Below, piece after piece: positions 19,030 through 30,100 of a DNA stretch of 64,000 nucleotides. Source of the DNA: a virus; the IMG/VR virus record IMGVR_UViG_3300019886_000004, positions 32,001 to 96,000 of that record. One strand, written 5' to 3'. Position 1 is the stretch's first letter. Each line of letters starts with the position of its first letter. The notes under the pieces are model-generated. The model saw only the letters and a program-made list of their open reading frames with translations. It was not told the origin of the DNA and did not search any database. A program made the position numbers and the translations under genes.

Positions 19030-21101
19030 TGGCAGATAATATATTTTCGATCCCTGGTTATAACCCTTTGAGATTTAATCCTCAGATGCCACTTGCTCAA
19101 ACAAAGGATAATCCTAATGTACAAGGACCTCAATTTATTAATCCTTACGAGAAACAGAATCAAGGAGTATCTCCTTATACTATGCATCCTAGTTGGCAGT
19201 TTGGTTTAAATTATAATCAAATAGCGTTCTCTAGTGCTGTACAAGGTATTGGAGCTTTTTTACGTAGTAATAACCAAAGAAAAGACTTTAATAGTTATAA
19301 CAGAGTACAACAAAGTCCTTTATCTCAGATACCAGAGAATCCTAATAATACTGATCAAGCTATGTATGGTATGAAACAATTCGCAGAAGGTGGACAATTT
19401 GATAACTTTGATGATTTTGATGAAGATGATTTTGAAGATCTAAAAGGAGAATTAGATAGATATTTTAACGATAAAGGTCAACCACAGCCCGAAGGCGCTA
19501 AAGAAGAGGATAAAGAAGAACCTAATGAACAAAAACAACCCGAACCCGAAGAACAAGATGATCAATCCTCTAACGAAGCCTTGAATTTTTTAAATCAACC
19601 ACAACAAGATAACCAAGACGATAGTCAAGTTAATCAATCAGATGAAGACATAATAGCACAGTTATCTGGACGTCAACCTATACCGCATCAAGAAGCTCCT
19701 CATCCTTCTGTATATTCAACTAAACCTACAGATGATGTAACAGCATTTAAGAAAGGTATAGCAGCTGTAGAGAACGCTAATTATAGTGAAGGTAACAAGA
19801 ATTCGAGTGCGTTTGGTAAATATCAGTTTACAGCACCCACCAGAGAATCAGTGAGAGAACAATTCTTCAAAGATATAAAGAAAGAAGACTTTGAAAGCGC
19901 ATATAAATCAGATCCTCAATTCCAAGAAAGAGTAATGGATGTTTATGGTAATCATCTTTTACAGAAGTATACTGATCCACATAAAGCTGCCACCGCTTTC
20001 TTTTTAGGTGAAGGTAAAGTGGGTATGTACAATCAACCTGATTACAATCCAGGTAATGGTAATGTATCAGTAGGTAAATACTTAAGTACATTTGATAAAG
20101 GATACAGTAAAAGACAGGGTGGTCATATAATGAATTCACCCGGATCAGTAACTACAGGTTTTGATAGACCATACAACTTTAAGATGGAAGATGGTGGCGA
20201 TCCTCAAGATCCTAAAAAACCAGTACAAACTAATAGACCTACAACTGCTGATAGTGTAGCTTTATATAACAATGCATTACAAGTTGCAAACTATTATAAA
20301 AATTCTGGATATACACAGGGTATATCAAAGTCACCAAGTTTAACTGACTGGAATGATCAAAATACTGAAGCTTATAATAAGTTTGTTGGTAGTAATTTTA
20401 AAGCCTTAACTGAAATTGGTTATAGAAACCTTAATCCTGAAGAATATAGAAAAAATATTGATAATAATGTTTACTATCAAAGGGAAATGGCAAATAAAGT
20501 ATTAGATATGAGGGTTCCTAGTTCTAGATTTGATAGGAGAATTGCACCACAATTTAGTTCTTCCTTAACCAAGCATACTGGTAGTGAGTTTGAGCGATCT
20601 AATGTGGTAGATACATATTCTTATGATCCTATAGCAGTCAAACCTTGGAACATGTTGACTCCTGATGAAAGACAACAAAGAGTAACCAAGTACGGTTATC
20701 CTATTACAAATCATGAAGAAATAACTAAAACAACTCAACCACAATATCAACCTCCAATAGCTAAAGGATCACAAATACAAGGACCACAAAAATTAGCTAC
20801 AGATAAGGTAAACATAGAAGCACCTACAGGAGGTACGGGACCATTAGCTGGTGGACCTACTAACTTCTCTTTTACAGGTAGAAATGATCAAGGTCAACAG
20901 GATACTAGATATTTCTCAGATTTAGATACATGGAAAGCAGCTACTGATCAAATGGGATATAGATGGAGAAATGAAACTAATAATGGTAAACAAGCTAATG
21001 CTTCCGGTTATCAGTTTAAACAAGGAGGAGAATATCATTTAACCAATCTACAAATTGCGCAATTGAAAAAACAAGGTTACGAAATAGAAATAATAAAATA
21101 A
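19029..21101 (+). CDS. Virion cargo protein with lysozyme-like (transglycosylase) domain
   Basis: IAAVEN...SSAFGKYQF...QE motif, an acidic/Gln-rich linker and xxGG motifs. TAATG coupling to the muzzle gene. Confidence 0.65.
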   Translation: MADNIFSIPGYNPLRFNPQMPLAQTKDNPNVQGPQFINPYEKQNQGVSPYTMHPSWQFGLNYNQIAFSSAVQGIGAFLRSNNQRKDFNSYNRVQQSPLSQIPENPNNTDQAMYGMKQFAEGGQFDNFDDFDEDDFEDLKGELDRYFNDKGQPQPEGAKEEDKEEPNEQKQPEPEEQDDQSSNEALNFLNQPQQDNQDDSQVNQSDEDIIAQLSGRQPIPHQEAPHPSVYSTKPTDDVTAFKKGIAAVENANYSEGNKNSSAFGKYQFTAPTRESVREQFFKDIKKEDFESAYKSDPQFQERVMDVYGNHLLQKYTDPHKAATAFFLGEGKVGMYNQPDYNPGNGNVSVGKYLSTFDKGYSKRQGGHIMNSPGSVTTGFDRPYNFKMEDGGDPQDPKKPVQTNRPTTADSVALYNNALQVANYYKNSGYTQGISKSPSLTDWNDQNTEAYNKFVGSNFKALTEIGYRNLNPEEYRKNIDNNVYYQREMANKVLDMRVPSSRFDRRIAPQFSSSLTKHTGSEFERSNVVDTYSYDPIAVKPWNMLTPDERQQRVTKYGYPITNHEEITKTTQPQYQPPIAKGSQIQGPQKLATDKVNIEAPTGGTGPLAGGPTNFSFTGRNDQGQQDTRYFSDLDTWKAATDQMGYRWRNETNNGKQANASGYQFKQGGEYHLTNLQIAQLKKQGYEIEIIK

Positions 21102-23995
21102 TGCCAAAGGTAAGAATCAAACAAACTCCGAGACCTGGACAATTTATTCCACAAATGGATTCACTTGGTGAGGAAATTCGTGGCACAAGTAAAAAGTTTA
21201 AGAAAGGTGGTAAAACACGTACTAACTCTAATAGTGATCAAAGTTATCCTTTTCAGAGGGATCAAGGTTATATGTATGAAGATCAGGCTCGTGACATGGG
21301 TGGAGTGATTGAAAAAATGCACGTTCCAAACATGAATACTAATATGTATTTCAATGGTGGTCCAATAAATGGAGTATTAAGATACGATCAAAATAGTTAT
21401 AATGATGGTGGATTATATGATCAAAACTTAATTGGAAATATAACCAATCCAGAACATTATACTAATAGTGATTATAATCAATATAAGAAAGGTGGATGGT
21501 TAAAAGGTGCAGTAAATCCAGCGCATAAAGGTTATTGCACACCTATGAGTAAATCTACTTGTACAGGACATCGTAGAGCATTTGCATTAACCATGAAGAA
21601 ACATCATGGTTTTCATAAGAAAGAAGATGGTGGTAATATAGATGATGGTCCTGGTAAACAACCTAAACAACCATCTGTACCAACACCTAGATCAGCTAGT
21701 AATCCTTATGGACCGCGATATCTATTTACTGGAATAACTTCTCCACATAGCCAAGATGATAGTCTTTATTACTCAAAAGTTTATTCCACAACTTTAAAGA
21801 GAGATCCTAACTATAAAAATTTTATTACAGATCAATTAAATGTATTAAATAATGATAAAAGTAGTAATTTAGATAGACAAGATGCTTTACGTTTATCTAA
21901 AATTGCAAATAATGCTATGATAGATGGACTTAGTACTCTAAGTAGTCATAAAGGAGGAGGAATAATACATTCTTTTAAACAAGGTGGTAAATATATAGGT
22001 GCTGGTCCCAACACAGATCTGAACCCAACTACAAATCATTCTATAGCTGATTACAACCCCTATGTTTACTTTAAAAACAAAAACTGGTACATAACATCCA
22101 ATCCAGAAGATGATAAGATTACAGAGTCTGTAAAGCCAATAGATAGAGAAGATGCAAATATAGAAGCAGAGAAAGGTGAGTATATGGTAAAACCTGGACT
22201 TACTGGTCTTTACAAAGTTACAGGTAAAACACATGCAGAAGGCGGAACTCCTTTATATGCAGAAGGCGGATCTTTTATATTTAGTAATGATCCTAAACTA
22301 TCTATAAATAAGAATGAAAGAGAAAGTTTTGGATTTAAAGGTGGTAGTTCTTCTTCTAAATCTAAGAATACTCCAGCTATGGTATTAGGTAGAGAGGTCA
22401 ATCCTAAAGAATATAATGGTTATTTAGCAACTTTAGAAAATCCAGATACAGATAGAATAGCTAAAACAACTGCTGGATTAATGTTAGAGAAGTTTCAACA
22501 GAAGCTTGGACAGATAGCCTATTTACAAGAGAATAAAAAAGGTACTAAGCCTCCAGATTTTTCTCAAGGTACAGCTCCGGTAACTCAACCTCAATTTCAA
22601 GATATTGATGAAAAAATGTCTGAATATAAACTTGGAGGTTATGCAGGCGGTGGAGATATTGATCCAAACACAGGTTTACCAATAGACTCAAGAGATCAAT
22701 ATCCTGGTGGCAGAACCACACTTGGTAGAATCACTCCTAAAGGATTATCCAATAACTTTAACTATCCAGGTGGTGTTCCAAGTCTTATTAAAGATTGGCA
22801 AGGAGCCGGTATTGATTTAACCAATATGGACTCTCGTGAAGCTCAAAATGCCATGTATGGGTGGGCACAAAAGAATAATCCACAGTTAATTAGGAATATG
22901 TGGAATCAGTATGGTAACACAGCGCGGGGTAAACAATACGGATTAAATTATGATTATGATAATTTAAATGATAAACAACTCGGAAGAGCAGGAGATGCTT
23001 ATGCTGATGGAATGCTTGGAGCTAGAACATTTGCTCCTATTCAAGGTCATACTCCTCCTGGACCTTATACTCCAGGATTAGCTAGACCAGATCAACCTAA
23101 TGTACAAGCACCACCTCCTGGTCAACCTGCACAACCAATTAATAATCAACCTTCTAATCCTACTTTACCCTATCAAATAAAAGGTAAGTTAACAGATAGT
23201 CAAATAGCTAATTTAGGTTATTTAGGACTCCAGTCTCTTAACATAAATAGATACATGCCTACTAGACAACAAGTATCTTTACCTCAAGTTAAATTAGATC
23301 AAATAAATGCGCAACCTTATGTTAATCAAGTAAATAATCAAGCACATGAAGCCTATCAGTTGGCAGCTCTTAATCCCAAAACTTCTTCTCTTATGGGTAG
23401 TAATATCCGTGGTACTGTAATTGATCAAGCTAATCAAGCCATTGGTAATGTTGCTAATCAAAATTCTCAAATTGGTAACCAACAAAATCTTACGAATCTT
23501 CAACAGATGACTCAACAAGTAATGGCTAATTCTCAATTTAATAATCAATATTATAACGAAGTTCAAGCAACTAATCAAAATTTTGATAATGAGCGTAGAT
23601 TTGCAAGCAATCAGTTTGTTTCAAATCTTAATAATTATCAGTCACAAGCTGATAAATTAGCTTGGCAAATGGCTTCAGTAAATAGATATGGAACTAGAAC
23701 CGTAACTGATCCTAAAACTGGTAAACAATATAATCTACCAACTCCTCTTTATGAAACTAATAAAAATGGTATTCAGTATAATGGTGACGTTGCTAATATT
23801 AATATGGCTTCAGGTGCTAATAGAATTAATACCCCGCAAGAAATAGCAAATATATATAAGCAATTCAAAGATTCCGGAATGCCAGATGTAGAAGCACAAA
23901 GAATTGTAAGTGCTATAATAAGATCAAGAACAACTAAAGGTACTGAAAATCAAGGTCCTTTCTTTATGCAAAATCCGTATGGAATGGGACAATAA
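21101..23995 (+). CDS. Virion cargo (ejection) protein
   Basis: ANIEAEKGE...GKTHAEGG...FIFSN block typical of crAss cargo proteins. Q/N-rich C-terminus. Confidence 0.6.
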   Translation: MPKVRIKQTPRPGQFIPQMDSLGEEIRGTSKKFKKGGKTRTNSNSDQSYPFQRDQGYMYEDQARDMGGVIEKMHVPNMNTNMYFNGGPINGVLRYDQNSYNDGGLYDQNLIGNITNPEHYTNSDYNQYKKGGWLKGAVNPAHKGYCTPMSKSTCTGHRRAFALTMKKHHGFHKKEDGGNIDDGPGKQPKQPSVPTPRSASNPYGPRYLFTGITSPHSQDDSLYYSKVYSTTLKRDPNYKNFITDQLNVLNNDKSSNLDRQDALRLSKIANNAMIDGLSTLSSHKGGGIIHSFKQGGKYIGAGPNTDLNPTTNHSIADYNPYVYFKNKNWYITSNPEDDKITESVKPIDREDANIEAEKGEYMVKPGLTGLYKVTGKTHAEGGTPLYAEGGSFIFSNDPKLSINKNERESFGFKGGSSSSKSKNTPAMVLGREVNPKEYNGYLATLENPDTDRIAKTTAGLMLEKFQQKLGQIAYLQENKKGTKPPDFSQGTAPVTQPQFQDIDEKMSEYKLGGYAGGGDIDPNTGLPIDSRDQYPGGRTTLGRITPKGLSNNFNYPGGVPSLIKDWQGAGIDLTNMDSREAQNAMYGWAQKNNPQLIRNMWNQYGNTARGKQYGLNYDYDNLNDKQLGRAGDAYADGMLGARTFAPIQGHTPPGPYTPGLARPDQPNVQAPPPGQPAQPINNQPSNPTLPYQIKGKLTDSQIANLGYLGLQSLNINRYMPTRQQVSLPQVKLDQINAQPYVNQVNNQAHEAYQLAALNPKTSSLMGSNIRGTVIDQANQAIGNVANQNSQIGNQQNLTNLQQMTQQVMANSQFNNQYYNEVQATNQNFDNERRFASNQFVSNLNNYQSQADKLAWQMASVNRYGTRTVTDPKTGKQYNLPTPLYETNKNGIQYNGDVANINMASGANRINTPQEIANIYKQFKDSGMPDVEAQRIVSAIIRSRTTKGTENQGPFFMQNPYGMGQ

Positions 23996-24011
23996 TTAAT
24001 GTAAAAAATTA

Positions 24012-24044
24012 TTTGTTTAATTGATATAAATATTGTATATTATA
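24012..24044 (+). promoter_or_regulatory. Variant (putative late) promoter
   Basis: TTTG-N20-TATATTATA upstream of the 24075-45281 gene block. Confidence 0.65.
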
Positions 24045-24074
24045 ATATAGGTTTAATATAAACTTAATAGATTA

Positions 24075-24578
24075 ATGGAAAATAATAAAGTTATAGATCT
24101 TTTAAAGCAACTTCAAAAAAAGCAAATGACTTCTGAAGAAAAGGAGAAATGGCCTAAAGAAGCTGCTCTATATGTCTATAGACCTGAGACACAATATAAA
24201 TGTGAAGAATGCGTATTCGCTAAAGTTAAATCAACTAAGTGCGCACTCTATGGACCCCTAGAAGATATTAAACCTGAAGGTAGTTGTGGTCTTTGGATTC
24301 ATATGGATCCAGAATCTGAACTTTCAGATAAGATACCTTATTTGAGTCTTGTCACAAAATTAGAAACAGGTTATACCGAATCAAAAAATGGCTTTAGTTG
24401 TAAAAGATGTGAGTATTTTTTACCAGGTAAACAGGATTGCAAAAAGGTAAGGAAAGATTCACCTGGTGACACATTTGGTATAATTTCAGGAGATGCTTGT
24501 TGCAATCGTTGGGAGAAAGATAAAGTTAGAGGAGATATGACAGATAAGCAATTACAAAAATTTTTAGAAAATAAATAA
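24075..24578 (+). CDS. Protein with two HiPIP-like four-Cys repeats
   Basis: CEEC...C...IKPEGSCGLW and CKRC...C...ISGDACCNRW. Confidence 0.5.
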   Translation: MENNKVIDLLKQLQKKQMTSEEKEKWPKEAALYVYRPETQYKCEECVFAKVKSTKCALYGPLEDIKPEGSCGLWIHMDPESELSDKIPYLSLVTKLETGYTESKNGFSCKRCEYFLPGKQDCKKVRKDSPGDTFGIISGDACCNRWEKDKVRGDMTDKQLQKFLENK

Positions 24579-27118
24579 TGGCTACATACCAAGGTAATTA
24601 TGATGCTCAGTCATATCAAGTAAATCCCTATCAAGCTCCCGCACAGGAGATGGTTCAAGCTATACAAACTCGTCAAAATTATTGGGATAGTGCAGCAACT
24701 AGTGTAAAGAACGCATATCAAAATTATCTTAATCTTGACCTCACTCGTCAAGATAATCACGAACGCTTAAATCAGTTAATGACCGGTGTAAATCAGCAGT
24801 TAAAGCAAGTTACCCAGACTGATTTATCGTTAGGTGAAAATTATGGTAAAGCATTAAGTATATTTGATCCTATTATAAAAGATGATAATATAATGGGAGA
24901 TAATGCTATTACTCGTCATTATAAAGATCAGTTTCAAATAGCACAAGGATATAGAATAAAAGATAATGGTAAAGGTTATAGTGATACTAATGTAAGAGAT
25001 TTGGGTAACCACCTACAAGATTTTGCTGCAGATTCTAATGCGTCTAATTGGAGACAACATTATGGCTCACGTTCTTTTTATTCTCCATATGTAGATGTAG
25101 CAGCTGAAACTAGACTAATAGGAAAAGACTTTAAACCTGATGTTACTACACTCAGTGGTCCAATGAGTTTAGATAAGGATGGAAATCCTAACCCATACAT
25201 GATGACTAAGACGGATAAATCCATTATAGCTTCTCAATATAGAGCTTTTTTAGACGCTCATTTATCAGATAAAGCAAAAGATCAATTAGCAATAGATGGT
25301 CGTGTAAAATATCATGGTAATATAGGCGCATTAGCTCAGGATTACACCACTCATAATCAAGAGAAAATAAACTACTACACAAATGAAATTAAGTCTTTAA
25401 ATGGTCAGATAGCAGGTGCTACTGATGATAAGAAACAAGCTTATAGATCTCAGATAAATAACTATGATGCATTAGTAAAAGAACTTAATCTAGAAAATAC
25501 TAAAATGCATGCTGGTGATTTTTCTGGGATAACTCCTAATAAAGATCAGATAGCATCTAGTATATACACTAATAATTATACAGACTATGTAGCAAAATCT
25601 TCTGCACAGAAAAACATAGACATTAAATATACTCCTGATCAAGTATGGAAGACTATGTACTTGCAGGATAATGAAAATAAAAGATTCAATATAGCTAAGG
25701 ATACTCAATGGGAAATAGCTAAGTTAAACAATGAAACTAAATTAACTATAGCAGGATATAAATTTGGACCCAATGGTCAACTATTAACTGGTATAGCTGG
25801 ATATGGTACTTCTGATAAAAGTAGTGATGAAAACTTTGGTATTGATAAATTCAATGAATTAAAAGCAACCAGTGCCACAGATTTCTCTAAAGCTGTGGAT
25901 CAAATGAATAAAAAAGTTGCTTCTGATAAAGGTATAGATCCAATGGATGAAAAAGTACCAAAAGCAACAAGAGATTCGGCTGTTGCAGAGTGGATGGCTG
26001 ATCCCAGAAATAAAGCTGACGTGGCTCAGTATAATGCAGCAGCGGCAAAAAAAGGAGCAGAAGATCAAGCATATACTGCTATAAATGATTATATAAATGG
26101 TAGAATAAAAAAAGAAAGTCCAAATTTATATAACGGTAGAGAAGATGTTATAAATGGATTAACTCAAGGTGGAACTTTTAATTTAGTTCAAAAAACTTCT
26201 AATTACAGATCAATCACAGATAGATCAGGACCACAAACACCATTTTCTTTAACTGGTCAAGATATGCAGAAAATAATCAGAGGTACTCATCCTAGTATAA
26301 CATTATCTTCTGAAGAAGAAACTACAGGAGTTTCAGGTATTGGTGGTACACCTGTTACATCAAAAGTACCTGTTCTTAAATATAATGGGAAAAGTTATTA
26401 TTTGCCAGAACCTTTAAGTAAAACCATATATGCTGCTGGAATTGCAGATAAAAATTTTGAATCTAAAAGAAATGAATTACTTAATCAAAATATAAACAGA
26501 GTAATAGGTAAAGAAGCTTTATATCAAGATGACAAAAATCCTTATTATAAAGCGGCGCATAATATAACTGCCAGAATAGTAATGGGAAGTGATGAAAAGT
26601 TTAAACCTGATGATGTTGTCTTAACTGATAAGGATAAGTTTGGAAATGTTTATTTCAAAGTACAAACAGAGAAGAGTATTAAAGAGAATGAACTAAAAAC
26701 TAGAGTCGAAGCTGAAGGAGGTAGATATATAAAAGGAGAAGATAAATTTATGTTACCTGGAAATAGATATGGTAATCTAACTAATTCTCAAAGTTTTAGT
26801 GATCCTAAACTTGCCCCATTAAAGACATTGATAGATTTTAAATCTAGTGCTACTCCTAATGATAGATTCAATACAGCACCTCAGACATGGGGTAATAGAA
26901 ATTTTCAGTTTAAAGTAGATATGGAAAACGGACATCCTTCTTATAGAATAATCGATCCTTACACAGGAGCACAATTTGGACAAACAGATTTAGGTGAAGG
27001 TTTCTCAACACTTGAAGCAGCAGCAGCTAAAGCAACTTGGCTAGGATATTTAAATCCAGTTGACTATACAAATAAAGTAAAAACTATAGGTGGAGTTCCA
27101 GGATACCAACCAAAATAA
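24578..27118 (+). CDS. Virion cargo protein preceding the RNAP
   Basis: 846 aa with a helical N-terminus (YQAP...TRQNYWD...DLS). Synteny. Confidence 0.55.
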   Translation: MATYQGNYDAQSYQVNPYQAPAQEMVQAIQTRQNYWDSAATSVKNAYQNYLNLDLTRQDNHERLNQLMTGVNQQLKQVTQTDLSLGENYGKALSIFDPIIKDDNIMGDNAITRHYKDQFQIAQGYRIKDNGKGYSDTNVRDLGNHLQDFAADSNASNWRQHYGSRSFYSPYVDVAAETRLIGKDFKPDVTTLSGPMSLDKDGNPNPYMMTKTDKSIIASQYRAFLDAHLSDKAKDQLAIDGRVKYHGNIGALAQDYTTHNQEKINYYTNEIKSLNGQIAGATDDKKQAYRSQINNYDALVKELNLENTKMHAGDFSGITPNKDQIASSIYTNNYTDYVAKSSAQKNIDIKYTPDQVWKTMYLQDNENKRFNIAKDTQWEIAKLNNETKLTIAGYKFGPNGQLLTGIAGYGTSDKSSDENFGIDKFNELKATSATDFSKAVDQMNKKVASDKGIDPMDEKVPKATRDSAVAEWMADPRNKADVAQYNAAAAKKGAEDQAYTAINDYINGRIKKESPNLYNGREDVINGLTQGGTFNLVQKTSNYRSITDRSGPQTPFSLTGQDMQKIIRGTHPSITLSSEEETTGVSGIGGTPVTSKVPVLKYNGKSYYLPEPLSKTIYAAGIADKNFESKRNELLNQNINRVIGKEALYQDDKNPYYKAAHNITARIVMGSDEKFKPDDVVLTDKDKFGNVYFKVQTEKSIKENELKTRVEAEGGRYIKGEDKFMLPGNRYGNLTNSQSFSDPKLAPLKTLIDFKSSATPNDRFNTAPQTWGNRNFQFKVDMENGHPSYRIIDPYTGAQFGQTDLGEGFSTLEAAAAKATWLGYLNPVDYTNKVKTIGGVPGYQPK

Positions 27119-27124
27119 TTAACA

Positions 27125-30100
27125 ATGCCTACATCAGATAATTTTACCGGTATTAATGATACAAACATTCTCGCTGCCCAACAAGACAGCGATTCTCGTT
27201 TTAGTGATTTAATGCAAAATAATCCTAAGTCTTTTGTTGATCCAAATAATATTACTCAACCAGAAGCTCCTAAAGGACTTTATGGCACTGTTAATCCAGG
27301 AGAGAATATTAATATAGATAAAACATCTTATGCTTATAATGCTGCGGATTATAATAATAACACAACAAATCTAGCTAAAAAATATCCAGGATCAAACGGA
27401 CTTCCGGATATTTTACTTCCTCAATCTGAAACCAATAGATATACAGGTAATGACTTCGGTTTTAAGATAGATAGAAACAATGAATCTTTTTACGAGAAAC
27501 AACAAGGTTTTTGGAAAACATTAGGTAATGTAGGAGCTAATCTTATAGGTAAGACTGTTGCTTATGCTGCACAGAATGCTGGATTTATATTAGGTGCACC
27601 AGTTGCAGCAGGAACTATGGATATTAGTAATATGACTGACAACTTTTTAGTTCGCGCTGGAGATTGGTTAAAAGATAAAACAGCTGAAGATTTTCCAATA
27701 TATAAGAGCGATAAATATACTCAAGGTAATATCTGGGAAAAGTTAGGTACTATTGGGTGGTGGGCAGATGATGCTGCAGATCGTGTTGCACTTACAGCAG
27801 CTATGTTTTTACCTGGATTTGCAGAAGCTAAAGGTCTTGGATTATTTGGTACTACTTTAGATACAGCGGGTAATTTAAGAGCTACAGGAATAGCTACAAA
27901 AGCCATTCAAAATTTAGCCGCAGATCCTGAAAATTATGGACAATTAGGTAAACTATTTTTATCTAAATTATATAAAGCTGCAGCAGAAGGCGTAGCAGAT
28001 ACAGGTACTCAACCTGCGTTAAGAGCATATGCACAGAACTTAAGTCGTGCAGAATTATTCGGTTGGAATATAATAGGTCAGAGTGGTTTAAATGCTAAGG
28101 AGACTCAAGAAGCTATAATGAAAGCTACTGGAGATAAAGATAAAGCAGCTAATGGAGCAATGAAAAGTTTCTGGGAAACGGTTCCTTTAGCTCTTGCAGG
28201 ATCTCTTGTGGAAATACCACAAATGTTTAGTACTAGAAATACTGCTAAATCCATTTTAAATAAAGTATTTAATAAAGAAACCGGAGAGACATTAGAAGAA
28301 GGACTTGCTTTAAAAGGACCATCTATAGGTAAAACTTTACTTAAAGCAATAGGAACTGGTTTTGAACATGGTCAGAATGAAAGTATGCAGGTAGCTGTTT
28401 CTAGATATAACGAAGAAAGTGCAGAAGGTAAAGACAAAAGAGGAACTCTACAAGGAATATTTGGAGACTTTATGGATAATATTCATGATCCCAATGGTCA
28501 GAATAATATTGCTCTTGGTACCATACAAGGTATTTTAATGACACTTGGTGGAAGAGGTTTTGATAAATTTGTTACTCATCAAACAGAGAATGAAGGTAAA
28601 CAAGCTTTAGCTGTATTTAATAGTATTAATGAAGCTAGACTCGCTAGAAGAATATATGGAGCGGATTTTAATCAAAGAGACGAGAACGGTAATATAGTTG
28701 TAGACGCTCAAGGTAAGCCTGTAAAAGATCAACAGAAAATAGCTGATGCTGGACTCTCTTTAGCTGGATCACAAAATGCAGTAGAACTAAAACAAAAAGC
28801 TTTAGAACAAGGTAACTATACAGGAGCAGCATTTGTTGATCATAAAATGTTATCTTCTTTTGCTTATAATTTCTTTGCAGACGCAAATGGTATGGAACAT
28901 CTAAGTAACATACTTAAATTAGAAGCAAAAACTAATGATAAGAATCCAGATAGAATTAATGATGTAGATGAAAATGGAAATGAAATAACTCCACAGGTTC
29001 AATTACAAAGAAACCTAAATACTATAAACGAACTCAGAAAAGTTTATAATGCTATAGATCAGCGTCATGCTGGTTTTATGAATCTTGATATTGATAAGAA
29101 AAACAAAGATGAAGTAAAGCAAGCCACAGCTTTCATAGATAAACTTAAATTTGATCAATATAATGAGGCATCCAAACAAATCTTTTTTAAAAATCAAATA
29201 GAAAAGAACAATCGTGAGATAGCTTCTTTAGGAGTAGATACTCTTGATGATAGTAACCATTTCAAAGATCCTTCCAATCCAATGGAGGAGAAGTTTAACG
29301 AGTTACATGTAATGAATGGTGCACTAAATGAAATCTTAGATGAATCAAAAGAAAAGTATAAAAACTTAGTAAATAAGAAATTACAAAAAGAAGCTTTTAA
29401 AATAGATAAAGCTTTTAATGAACAAGTAGAAGAAAAAGCAAACTCTCAACCTAAACAAGAAAACGTTGAAACTACCCCAGAGCAGCAGCCAACAGTGGTC
29501 AATAATCCAACATCGCAGAACCAAACTCAAACACCAGAGACCGCGCAACAGACAACTCCACTACAAACAGAAGGCACATCCACGCCAGAAGTAGCTAAAT
29601 CTATTCCAGCAGGACAAGCTTTATTAAATAAAAGAAATGAAGATTTAGCGAAAGCTACAACTCAAGAAGAGAAAGATGCTATACAACAGCAGTATGTGAA
29701 AGATTCATTAGATATTGCTGATAAAAAGAAACAACAAGAAAAGAAACCAGGTAAAAGTGTAGTTGATATAAAAGAAATGATACCTGATACTAAGACAATT
29801 CATAAAGATGAATTGGCTAAGTTAAATAGTATTATTAATGAAGAAGCAAGAAATGGTAATATAACTCCAGAACAAGAGCAACAATTGCTCGATACTTTAG
29901 ATAAGAAAAAAGTAGTAGGTACTATATTTGATACAGAAGATTTAGAAGATGAAACTCCTGAAACACAGGAAGAATCTGAACCTACTCAAGTAGAACCTAC
30001 TGACCAATCTATAGATAGTGGTTCTTCTACAGAAGATTCTGAGCAAGTTATACCTGAACAAGAATATGATCCTGAGACAGCTGATATTGATACTAGAGGA

